Origin: a virus
IMG/VR virus record: IMGVR_UViG_3300009826_001457
Coordinates: 74,654-98,788 of that record
DNA: 24,135 nt
Reading direction: 5' to 3' (one strand)
The notes below the pieces were generated by a model that did not search any database, was not told the DNA's origin, and was given only the letters and a program-made list of their open reading frames with translations. This document shows, in pieces, positions 16,408 to 24,135 of the stretch. The position numbers and the translations under genes are program-made. The first letter of the stretch is position 1. Every line of letters starts with the position of its first letter.

Positions 16408-16641
16408 TTGGAGAGAGATGCCTTAGTTGTAAATGCCATACGGCATTACATGGATGCCGTATATCCCTGGGTATCAGAAACTCTTCCCAATATCGTTACG
16501 TCAGCTTGCGGTTTTTCTGAAGAAGAATACGACAAGTATTACGGCTTGTGGCCCAAGGGGACTTCTAAGCATGTAAATGCCTTTTCATATTCAAGGAGGG
16601 TAATATGTTACAAGTTTTTATTAATGATTGCAATAAAATGA
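16408..16641 (+). CDS. Hypothetical protein
   Basis: ORF only; weak RBS; overlaps the next gene. Confidence 0.35.
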   Translation: MERDALVVNAIRHYMDAVYPWVSETLPNIVTSACGFSEEEYDKYYGLWPKGTSKHVNAFSYSRRVICYKFLLMIAIK

Positions 16642-17042
16642 TTCAAGAGTATAACAATGGAAAGCGGCATAACTATCCTCACTGGAAAGACCATATCCTC
16701 CTTCCACTGGTTAGGGAAATAGGGATGAAACTAAACATGCAGTATGAGGTTTCAGGTGTTTTCGGCTTGCGACTTGCGGCATACATCTCTATTAAAAATG
16801 AAAGTAAGCATTATATGCTCTGTATTACGCCACATTTTATGAGTATTCCACCAGAGGTCATTAACCGCTCGTTAGCGTCAAAAGAAGCTAATGCCTCGGC
16901 TCAAATAGATTACCTTAACTATGACACAGGTAAGGACGATAAGCCCTGGGATGCAAATGGGTCTGGCAAAGAAGCAATGCGGCTGCCATATAGCATTGAC
17001 GAGGTTATCAACTTGCTGAAAACTAATAAGGCAGACGCATAA
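16605..17042 (+). CDS. Hypothetical protein
   Basis: RBS AAGGAGG; 145 aa. Confidence 0.75.
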   Translation: MLQVFINDCNKMIQEYNNGKRHNYPHWKDHILLPLVREIGMKLNMQYEVSGVFGLRLAAYISIKNESKHYMLCITPHFMSIPPEVINRSLASKEANASAQIDYLNYDTGKDDKPWDANGSGKEAMRLPYSIDEVINLLKTNKADA

Positions 17043-17137
17043 AGAAACATGATTCCTCATGGGTACGGCCGCCAGACCACGCTTAATGACTTTAATGGTG
17101 AGCAGGAAATATAAGTAGTAAACAAAGGGAGATAATC

Positions 17138-17368
17138 GTGGTTAAAAATGTACAAAATTGCATTAATAAGCAGAGGCACTTACCCATGCATCCAAAATGG
17201 TGGGACAAATACCAGACAGAAGAGGACTTGGTGGCTGCATTAAATGCCAAAGGCGAGGAGTGGAGCCAGCTACTTAGTAAGTATGAAGGGTATGCAAACA
17301 AGACCGCAAGTGAACATGAGTTTATGGCTGATTTACGAAAGTACATCAGGATATTAAAGGAAGCATAA
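17138..17368 (+). CDS. Hypothetical protein
   Basis: GTG start with RBS AAAGGGAG. Confidence 0.7.
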   Translation: MVKNVQNCINKQRHLPMHPKWWDKYQTEEDLVAALNAKGEEWSQLLSKYEGYANKTASEHEFMADLRKYIRILKEA

Positions 17369-17416
17369 GCTTGTTAAAACACACGATATAAATTTATAGC
17401 ATAAAGGAGCAGTCAT

Positions 17417-19477
17417 ATGTCTACGGATACATTACTAAAAAGGACACGAGTACGCAAACTGGTGGCTGAGCTTAACCGCCACCGGCACCTTTACTACAAC
17501 GAAAATACCCCTGAGATATCAGATGCCGTATACGATAGCATGGTTGATGAACTCGCCGCATTAGAACGAGAAACGGGATTGATTTTATCGTCATCGCCTA
17601 CTCAAAGTGTAGGCGCGCCTATTGTAAGCTCACTCGCAATCGTTCAACATAACATACCACTCCTGTCACTGGATAAAACTAAAACTCCGGTAGAGGTAAT
17701 TGAGTTTATAGGAAACAGAGTAGCGCTGTTTATGCTTAAGTTAGATGGCCTAACAACCAAGCTTGAATATTCGGATGGCGAACTCATCAGAGCATCAACC
17801 CGAGGCGATGGAAGCGAAGGCGAAGATATAACCCACAACGCCCGTGTTTTCATGGATGTGCCTTTGAAGATACCGCACAAGGGCTATCTCTGTATTTCGG
17901 GTGAATCGTATATCTCAAACGATGATTTTATATATCTACAGGCTAATACAGTCGGCAAAGATAATAAACCCTACAAAAATGCCCGCAATCTGGCCGCAGG
18001 TTCAGTACGTCAACTTGACGCTAGGGAATGTTCTAAGCGGCGCATCCGGTTCAGCGCGTTTAATGTCCTGGATGGAAAATCGTTGGAAGGCGTAGAGTAT
18101 AACGATAATTCAAGTGAAACCCCTGCAATGATACCAGTTGACACCAATAGTAAGAGTTCAATGCTTAGCTATTTAAACCAAATTGGCTTTAATGTAGCAC
18201 ACTTCCACAAGATAGACGGCGATAATAACAATGCCATTCCCCATGCTATAGAAAGTTTACAGGTATATGCAAAGAAACACGGCATCCCAATAGATGGCCT
18301 TGTTGCGACCTACGATGACGTTGAATATAGTAAATCATTAGGCCGCACAGGACACCATTATCGAGACGGGCTTGCTTTCAAGTTTGAAGATGGCGCGATA
18401 GAAACTATCTTAACAAATGTTGAGTGGAATGTATCGCGTTCCGGCGAACTAACCCCCGTGGCAATCTTTGAAACAGTCAAATTAGATGGCACTGATGTTT
18501 CACGAGCATCGTTGCATAACTTAAACTTTTTACAAGAGCTGAACTTAAAAATTAGGGACAGGATTATGGTTAGCAAGCGCAACCTAATTATCCCTCATGT
18601 GGAAGAAAATCTCGACATTGATAAGCCACCGGCTTTTGATGCACAAGCCCTTATCCCAAGCACATGCCCATGCTGTGATAATCCACTTAACACAGTACTT
18701 AATAACGATGGAGACCCATCATTGTTCTGCGATAATCCCATGTGCTTTGACCGTAAACTAAGGCAGTATGAACACTTTGCCTGCAAAAAAGCTATGAACA
18801 TCAACGGCCTTTCTACCGCTGCGCTTGCAAAATTTATGATAGCGGGCCTACTTAACAACAAAGTTGATATCTACTCTTTATGCAATCATAAGGCCACAAT
18901 TGTAAGCATGGACGGTTATGGTGCTAAGGCTTTTAGTAAGCTCATTGAAGCTATAGAAAAAAGCCGCACAACCACTATGGAGCGATTTCTTATCGCGATG
19001 GACATTCCCATGGTTGGCCGCCATGCAAGTGCGATCTTGTGCCAGGCATTTAATTATGACTTAAGTGCTATCAAAGTTGCCGCACTAGGAAACTATGACT
19101 TCACAGTGTTACAAGACTTTGGCGACATCCTTCACGATAATATCCGATCTTGGTTCCAATCAGAATGTAATCTTATACAATGGGAGGAGATTATAAACCT
19201 TATGGACTTCAAAACAGCAAGTACGCGACCGGCGGGAGCCAGTGATAACCCATTCGCCGGCAAGACTATCGTTGCCACAGGCAGTTTCGTACACTACACC
19301 CGCGACACAATAAACGAACAAATACTAACACTTGGGGCAAAGCCAGGGAGTAGTGTTTCAAAGAAGACGGATTATCTTATCGTCGGAGACAAGGCCGGAA
19401 GTAAGAAAATAAAAGCAGAACAGCTCGGTGTTCCAACCCTCACGGAAGAAGAGTTCAGAGAAATGGCTGGAGTGTAA
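17417..19477 (+). CDS. ligA: NAD-dependent DNA ligase
   Basis: YY...PEISDAVYD, LLSLDK, KLDG adenylation motif, TRGDG.EGEDIT, NARNLAAGSVRQ, OB fold, CPCC...C....C zinc finger, HhH region, C-terminal BRCT (SVSKKTDYLIVG). Confidence 0.97.
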   Translation: MSTDTLLKRTRVRKLVAELNRHRHLYYNENTPEISDAVYDSMVDELAALERETGLILSSSPTQSVGAPIVSSLAIVQHNIPLLSLDKTKTPVEVIEFIGNRVALFMLKLDGLTTKLEYSDGELIRASTRGDGSEGEDITHNARVFMDVPLKIPHKGYLCISGESYISNDDFIYLQANTVGKDNKPYKNARNLAAGSVRQLDARECSKRRIRFSAFNVLDGKSLEGVEYNDNSSETPAMIPVDTNSKSSMLSYLNQIGFNVAHFHKIDGDNNNAIPHAIESLQVYAKKHGIPIDGLVATYDDVEYSKSLGRTGHHYRDGLAFKFEDGAIETILTNVEWNVSRSGELTPVAIFETVKLDGTDVSRASLHNLNFLQELNLKIRDRIMVSKRNLIIPHVEENLDIDKPPAFDAQALIPSTCPCCDNPLNTVLNNDGDPSLFCDNPMCFDRKLRQYEHFACKKAMNINGLSTAALAKFMIAGLLNNKVDIYSLCNHKATIVSMDGYGAKAFSKLIEAIEKSRTTTMERFLIAMDIPMVGRHASAILCQAFNYDLSAIKVAALGNYDFTVLQDFGDILHDNIRSWFQSECNLIQWEEIINLMDFKTASTRPAGASDNPFAGKTIVATGSFVHYTRDTINEQILTLGAKPGSSVSKKTDYLIVGDKAGSKKIKAEQLGVPTLTEEEFREMAGV

Positions 19478-19549
19478 AGTCTAGCTTTAGGCACATGGAG
19501 CAGATACAGTCACCTATGACTGTAAACTAACAAAGTATGTTCGTGTTGC

Positions 19550-19586
19550 AACCCGATAGGCATTTGCTTATCGGGTTTTCATTTTT
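19550..19586 (+). terminator. Rho-independent terminator after ligA
   Basis: AACCCGATAGGCA/TGCTTATCGGGTT stem followed by TTCATTTTT. Confidence 0.8.
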
Positions 19587-19684
19587 CGGTATGTATCCGT
19601 ATTCATCAAGAAATTCAGTACCATGAAAATAATGACTATGTTTTTGGGTTTTGAATAAAGGCAGAAATAAATAAGAGGTGAAGA

Positions 19685-20122
19685 ATGTCTGACAATGCAC
19701 TGCATCCTATTGAGTTGCAAATTTGCATGGGGCTATTGCGATTATGCGAAATAAAAGATGATAAGCTGGCACTGGAGCGTATGGTTGCATTAATAACACT
19801 TGGCGGCAGGTGCAGGGCTTATCAGAAGGAGTTTGCTAATAATCCGTTGATACTTGTTATCTGCGAGAAGAAAGTAGATTTTATCTTGAAAGCGAAGACC
19901 AAATCTGATTTAAAGGAAATTCTGTCACCGCCAAAGGTTCGTTATAATTGGAACTCGGTTGTTCCCGTTGGTGATTTTCATATTGAAGAGGAGGAATTAT
20001 TAATTTGGAGTCTCACATCCCTTTGGTGTGGCGGACCATTGCGCGGCCCCGGGTTAAAGCGTTACATGGAGTTATTCAAAAAATTTTATCCTGACTTCGC
20101 CGGTGAAATAGGGATTGAATAA
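19685..20122 (+). CDS. Hypothetical protein
   Basis: RBS AGAGGTG; 145 aa. Confidence 0.75.
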   Translation: MSDNALHPIELQICMGLLRLCEIKDDKLALERMVALITLGGRCRAYQKEFANNPLILVICEKKVDFILKAKTKSDLKEILSPPKVRYNWNSVVPVGDFHIEEEELLIWSLTSLWCGGPLRGPGLKRYMELFKKFYPDFAGEIGIE

Positions 20123-20152
20123 TCACTGGAGCAATGTAATCGAAACAAGAGG

Positions 20153-20692
20153 ATGGGTAGGAAGGAGAATATAATGAGCATTTGGAGAAATATCTCGCAA
20201 ATTGAAGAAATAACGTCGAAAATTAGTCATAGAAGATCCATTGATGTTGCACGAGCTATTGCATTAACAAGATTTTTACAAGAGATGGAAACTATCTTCG
20301 ATGATGATTTTCGAATAGTAACCGCTCATCCAATATTAATGATAAATAAAAACGATGGCTCAAACGAGCCTATTTTTACTGTTGGTTTGTGGGTGCGTTT
20401 TTCAGTATGCAAGGTAGAATACTACATTGAAATGAATGAAAATCCATTCTTCCCAGCTTTGTTCCTAAAGAATTATCGTTTAGATAGTAAAACAGTGTGC
20501 TGCGAATATGCTGACGATATGAACGGAGAAATGTATTTCAATTTTGGCTGGGACGCCGAGCAGAGTACGATTACCCAATTGATAACAAACATGCACAGAT
20601 TATTTTCTGTTGTCCAACAGCGGAATGGCAACACCTATGTGAAGGAGATTCCGGCATATAGTAGGAGAGAAAAACAAACCATATACACGTAA
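20153..20692 (+). CDS. Hypothetical protein
   Basis: 179 aa ORF; probable start 20174 after GAAGGAG. Confidence 0.7.
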   Translation: MGRKENIMSIWRNISQIEEITSKISHRRSIDVARAIALTRFLQEMETIFDDDFRIVTAHPILMINKNDGSNEPIFTVGLWVRFSVCKVEYYIEMNENPFFPALFLKNYRLDSKTVCCEYADDMNGEMYFNFGWDAEQSTITQLITNMHRLFSVVQQRNGNTYVKEIPAYSRREKQTIYT

Positions 20693-20950
20693 ACATCAGT
20701 AGATGCAATGCTATTGTCGCAAAATATCAGCACTGATATAATAGCCATAACGATTGTGCATTGCTTCCAAATAGCTGCACACTCAATGTTTTCATGCCAT
20801 GCCCTCAAAAGAAAGATATGTTTTATCAGTGGAGAAAATCTTGAGGGTACCTTGGCAAGAGTAACACACAAGGCAATCAGAGCATCGCCATTTCAAGCTG
20901 ATGATGTCATGAACCACAGGATAATTTACCTATGAGATGGAGGATTATTC

Positions 20951-21142
20951 ATGGAAAATAAAAGAATTTATGTTGTAATCGGAACATATCCAAACGGAAC
21001 TAAGCGCCCATATCGGGTATGGGCAGAAACCCCTACTGAAGCAATAACCAAAACAATGGCATATGAAAGTGAAAGCAGTGGCAGCCATTTAATTAACATT
21101 GATGTCATAGAATCATACGGTGATGTTCCTGTTTTAAAATAA
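20951..21142 (+). CDS. Hypothetical protein
   Basis: RBS GGAGG; 63 aa. Confidence 0.7.
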   Translation: MENKRIYVVIGTYPNGTKRPYRVWAETPTEAITKTMAYESESSGSHLINIDVIESYGDVPVLK

Positions 21143-21161
21143 AGTTGTACTGGAGGTAAAA

Positions 21162-21701
21162 ATGAATTGTGGAATCATCAGTGCGGCTAACAATCTACAA
21201 AACGACGCTAGACAATATGGGATTGATTTGGTGGTAAACAGCGATGGCACAATAACTTTTTACCATGGAACTAGCAAGGAAAATGCTCTAAAGATAAAAG
21301 AAAGTGGTTTTTTTAAGGATACGTTTTTCTCCCACGCCATAGATGTAACTGGCTATTGTGATGCGTCCCCTATATATTATGCTAAGGTAAAAAACAAAGA
21401 CGGAGTTATAATTAAAGCAGACATAGATTGTAGATATATTGACTTCGCAAGTGGGACTGGGGAGTTCTTAACTAACGATGATTGCGTTCCAATAAGCTGC
21501 ATTTTTATTGAACCTCCAGAGCACCTAATGGAAAAAGAACAGCATGACCCTGCGGATTTAATAATAAATATTTTCAATATTATTACCCCTGCTCTTAAAC
21601 AAAATGGATTTAAGATATCAGAGGGAGATAATACAACCGTGTATGTCAGCCACGAGGAAAGTGACATTGATTTCGTGATTAAAGTGAAAGCGTTGAATTG
21701 A
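21162..21701 (+). CDS. Putative ADP-ribosyltransferase-fold protein
   Basis: RBS GGAGG; ITFYHGTSKENALKIKESGF...FFS...YYA...GEF pattern like H-Y-E ART domains. Confidence 0.5.
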   Translation: MNCGIISAANNLQNDARQYGIDLVVNSDGTITFYHGTSKENALKIKESGFFKDTFFSHAIDVTGYCDASPIYYAKVKNKDGVIIKADIDCRYIDFASGTGEFLTNDDCVPISCIFIEPPEHLMEKEQHDPADLIINIFNIITPALKQNGFKISEGDNTTVYVSHEESDIDFVIKVKALN

Positions 21702-21792
21702 GCAAAGATTCAATAGGTTAAACTGATACTGTAACTATAGAAAGTGTTTTTCAAAGTGAAAAAAGAGAATCAAATCCATCTTTTATAATAGA

Positions 21793-22044
21793 ATGGAGAG
21801 CAGAGAAATGAAAGAACACTTGATATATGAGTACGCAACCAAAGAAGGCTTATTTGTATTGAGCAGTGATGGCTCTGAAATTGGAACAATTACGGGCGAA
21901 GACGAAGAAGGCATGTGGGATTGTGGTGTGGAGTCATGTCGTGGTACAAATTACATTGTTAAATGGACGAATGATGATTCGACTAATTACGTTTGTAGCA
22001 GAGGACTAAAATGGGTCACGGAGAACGTTGCACAAATTCAATGA
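21793..22044 (+). CDS. Hypothetical protein
   Basis: 83 aa ORF; start may be 21808. Confidence 0.6.
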   Translation: MESREMKEHLIYEYATKEGLFVLSSDGSEIGTITGEDEEGMWDCGVESCRGTNYIVKWTNDDSTNYVCSRGLKWVTENVAQIQ

Positions 22045-22177
22045 TAATGGTGCACCGAAACAAACATTACAATACCCTTCTACCGTTTCAGAAATTGGTA
22101 TGAGTTATAGATTCAACGGGTTATAAATTGCATGGATGCCTGGCATCTCAATCCTATAACGTGCGCGGAGTGATAAA

Positions 22178-22468
22178 ATGTCTAAAATAATGGGAAACAC
22201 AGAAACCGTTGGATTAGAGTCCGATTACGATTTCCTTAAAGAGTTCTATAGCATTAACTTTAACGAAACGGGAACAACCATACGAGTCATCGCCTTTGCG
22301 ACACGACACGGCGATATTGTGGCTAAATACAGCGATAGGTTAGGACTTGAAGCAGAGTATGTAGAGGCACTGATTGCCATGGTAATCGACAATAGCTCTA
22401 GCAATGAAGAATTAGAAGCTAAAATAATGATAAAAAACTGCGAACTAAATGAAAATAAGATGATATAG
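22178..22468 (+). CDS. Hypothetical protein
   Basis: RBS GGAG; 96 aa. Confidence 0.65.
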   Translation: MSKIMGNTETVGLESDYDFLKEFYSINFNETGTTIRVIAFATRHGDIVAKYSDRLGLEAEYVEALIAMVIDNSSSNEELEAKIMIKNCELNENKMI

Positions 22469-22518
22469 TGCCACAAGTTGAACAACAACTATGCGAAATC
22501 GGAGTTTAAAAAGAGGGG

Positions 22519-22740
22519 GTGAGGATAATCTTTAACAAAGAAAAGATTAAGATGATTGAGTTTGACGAGCATTGTTCATCAAGTGTAATTCCAATGGTAG
22601 CTATCTACCATGAAGATGCCGCCACCGAGGAGGATGTTCAAGCTGCTATCCAAACATTTGGCATTGGCGAATCCAATAACGTGTTAATAATTAGCAAGCA
22701 ACTTTACAACAACGTGTTCTATGGGGGAAGTCTAGCATAA
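22519..22740 (+). CDS. Hypothetical protein
   Basis: 73 aa ORF with purine-rich upstream sequence. Confidence 0.5.
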   Translation: MRIIFNKEKIKMIEFDEHCSSSVIPMVAIYHEDAATEEDVQAAIQTFGIGESNNVLIISKQLYNNVFYGGSLA

Positions 22741-22781
22741 TATGTGTTAAATAAAATATGCATTTTATGTTGACTTGAGAG

Positions 22782-23042
22782 GTGTATATAGTGGCTTATA
22801 CAGCAAAAGAACTAAGGTATTACGAGGCTGGCATTAAAGACGCTAACGAGAAATTGAAAATGGTTTTTGCGAATAGCCAAAGAGCGATGAAACTTTACAA
22901 AGAAGATAACCCAGGCGCACAAATTGGCGACGACGAACACGAGCAACGACAAAATTGCATGAACGCCTACTATGCGGGCTACAACTTTGAACAAGATAGA
23001 CAACTGCATTTAATGTTCCCGGAAATGTACGCAAACGGCTAA
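22782..23042 (+). CDS. Hypothetical protein
   Basis: 86 aa ORF; start may be GTG 22791 after GAGAGG. Confidence 0.6.
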   Translation: MYIVAYTAKELRYYEAGIKDANEKLKMVFANSQRAMKLYKEDNPGAQIGDDEHEQRQNCMNAYYAGYNFEQDRQLHLMFPEMYANG

Positions 23043-23213
23043 AAGAGGATATGTTGTGCATAAGATAAACATCAAGCTCAGTACAACCAATGGAAATGAA
23101 CTCGTAATAACCGGATTATACACATCCTCTGGTGACAATATTGGACGAACATTGGCCTCTGGAAAAATTAGTGGATAAATCATGGGTTTTAATTGCGAGA
23201 AGGAGAGAGGTAT

Positions 23214-23393
23214 ATGATAGGTCATATAAACAGATTTAAAATAGGGGATAAAGTAAAGATTTTACAAAAGGGAAGTTATTTTGGATTATCAAGAGTCATA
23301 GTAGATATTATTTTCGACCTTCATAACCCAAATGGACTATACGACTTGGGGGCAGGTTTACGCTTTCGGGATTATGAGTTAGAAGCCGCATGA
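23214..23393 (+). CDS. Small SH3/KOW-like hypothetical protein
   Basis: ATG 23214 after GGAGAGAGG; FKIGDKVKI motif. Confidence 0.6.
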   Translation: MIGHINRFKIGDKVKILQKGSYFGLSRVIVDIIFDLHNPNGLYDLGAGLRFRDYELEAA

Positions 23394-23676
23394 CATTGTT
23401 AACAATGGATTTCATTATATAAATATCGAAGACAGGCAACTTCATTGATAAAGGAGAAGCCCTTACGATTCATTAGTATTGAAACAACAGTAAATCCGAG
23501 TTTTAATTTCATTAAATTCTGCTCTGTTGATTTTCCATGCATTGATCGCTCACCGTAAATATATATTCTATTGTATTAAAGGTTTCCATCTGTGTCTATA
23601 CCGCATTCTATAAGCACTCTTATATTTAACACCTCCTATAAAACTCGGATTTCATCCAAATTATAGGAGGATTACT

Positions 23677-23874
23677 ATGAAAACGATAAAAGAAGGTTTA
23701 GCCATTGTAAGATACGAATTTACATGCGAAGTTTGCGGTCATGTTTGGCAAGATGACTGCCAAAATCCTAAAGTATCGGTGTTATCGGAAAAAGCACACG
23801 CTCCATGTCCACGGTGCAAAGAATGTGGGCGTAACGTTGGCATGAAAACAGAATGGGGCAAACGCATAAGTTAA
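23677..23874 (+). CDS. Small zinc-ribbon protein
   Basis: RBS AGGAGG; CEVC...CPRCKEC. Confidence 0.7.
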   Translation: MKTIKEGLAIVRYEFTCEVCGHVWQDDCQNPKVSVLSEKAHAPCPRCKECGRNVGMKTEWGKRIS

Positions 23875-23913
23875 ATACATGAAACTCACTAAAACCATGG
23901 CGGGGGTCTTCTT

Positions 23914-24135
23914 ATGAACGCCGCTTACAGTTCCAGAGAATGTAAAATATGTGTGACTACACTAACCTTTGATGAACCCGATGCTTTAAAGGGTCTATTA
24001 CTTGTATGTATACGTTGCCAAGACGCATTTTGCCAAGCATGTTTTGTTGAGGCTCACGGTAAAGAAGAATACGGGGCGATGATGGGAGACGATGATAGGG
24101 ATATCATATGCCCTCAGTGCTTCACGAAATCCTAA
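23914..24135 (+). CDS. Small Cys-rich zinc-finger protein
   Basis: Four CxxC pairs (CKIC, CIRC, CQAC, CPQC); RBS GGGGG. Confidence 0.65.
   Translation: MNAAYSSRECKICVTTLTFDEPDALKGLLLVCIRCQDAFCQACFVEAHGKEEYGAMMGDDDRDIICPQCFTKS

Noticed and set aside
12132-23225. Remaining short minus-strand or nested ORFs, and 20708..20935(+)
   Set aside because: They overlap stronger genes or lack an RBS and recognisable motifs.

Overview
This window looks like the accessory region of a large Firmicute (probably clostridial) phage/prophage or related mobile element. Nearly all credible genes are on the + strand with Firmicute-type GGAGG ribosome-binding sites. The first ~8.7 kb is one tightly packed, unusual locus: a ubiquitin-like protein, a large putative E2-like protein, a JAB/MPN peptidase and a ThiF/E1 enzyme, followed by a small ORF, a retron-like reverse transcriptase and an RNase HI. 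Interleaved with these are eight ~280-310 nt non-coding cassettes. Each cassette has retron msr/msd-like architecture: terminal inverted repeats, a conserved G followed by two hairpins with compensatory base changes, a unique ~200 nt structured variable region, and a conserved YGYAGA motif before the 3' repeat. The best reading is a retron-like RT serving an array of eight different ncRNA templates, coupled to a ubiquitin-like conjugation module; its function and novelty are inferred, not shown. Decayed copies of the rnhA 3' end before several cassettes suggest expansion by duplication. The rest is cargo: an LPD11-like protein, a YkgJ-type cysteine-cluster protein, ArdC, NAD-dependent ligase LigA, a putative ADP-ribosyltransferase, zinc-ribbon proteins and many small hypothetical genes.
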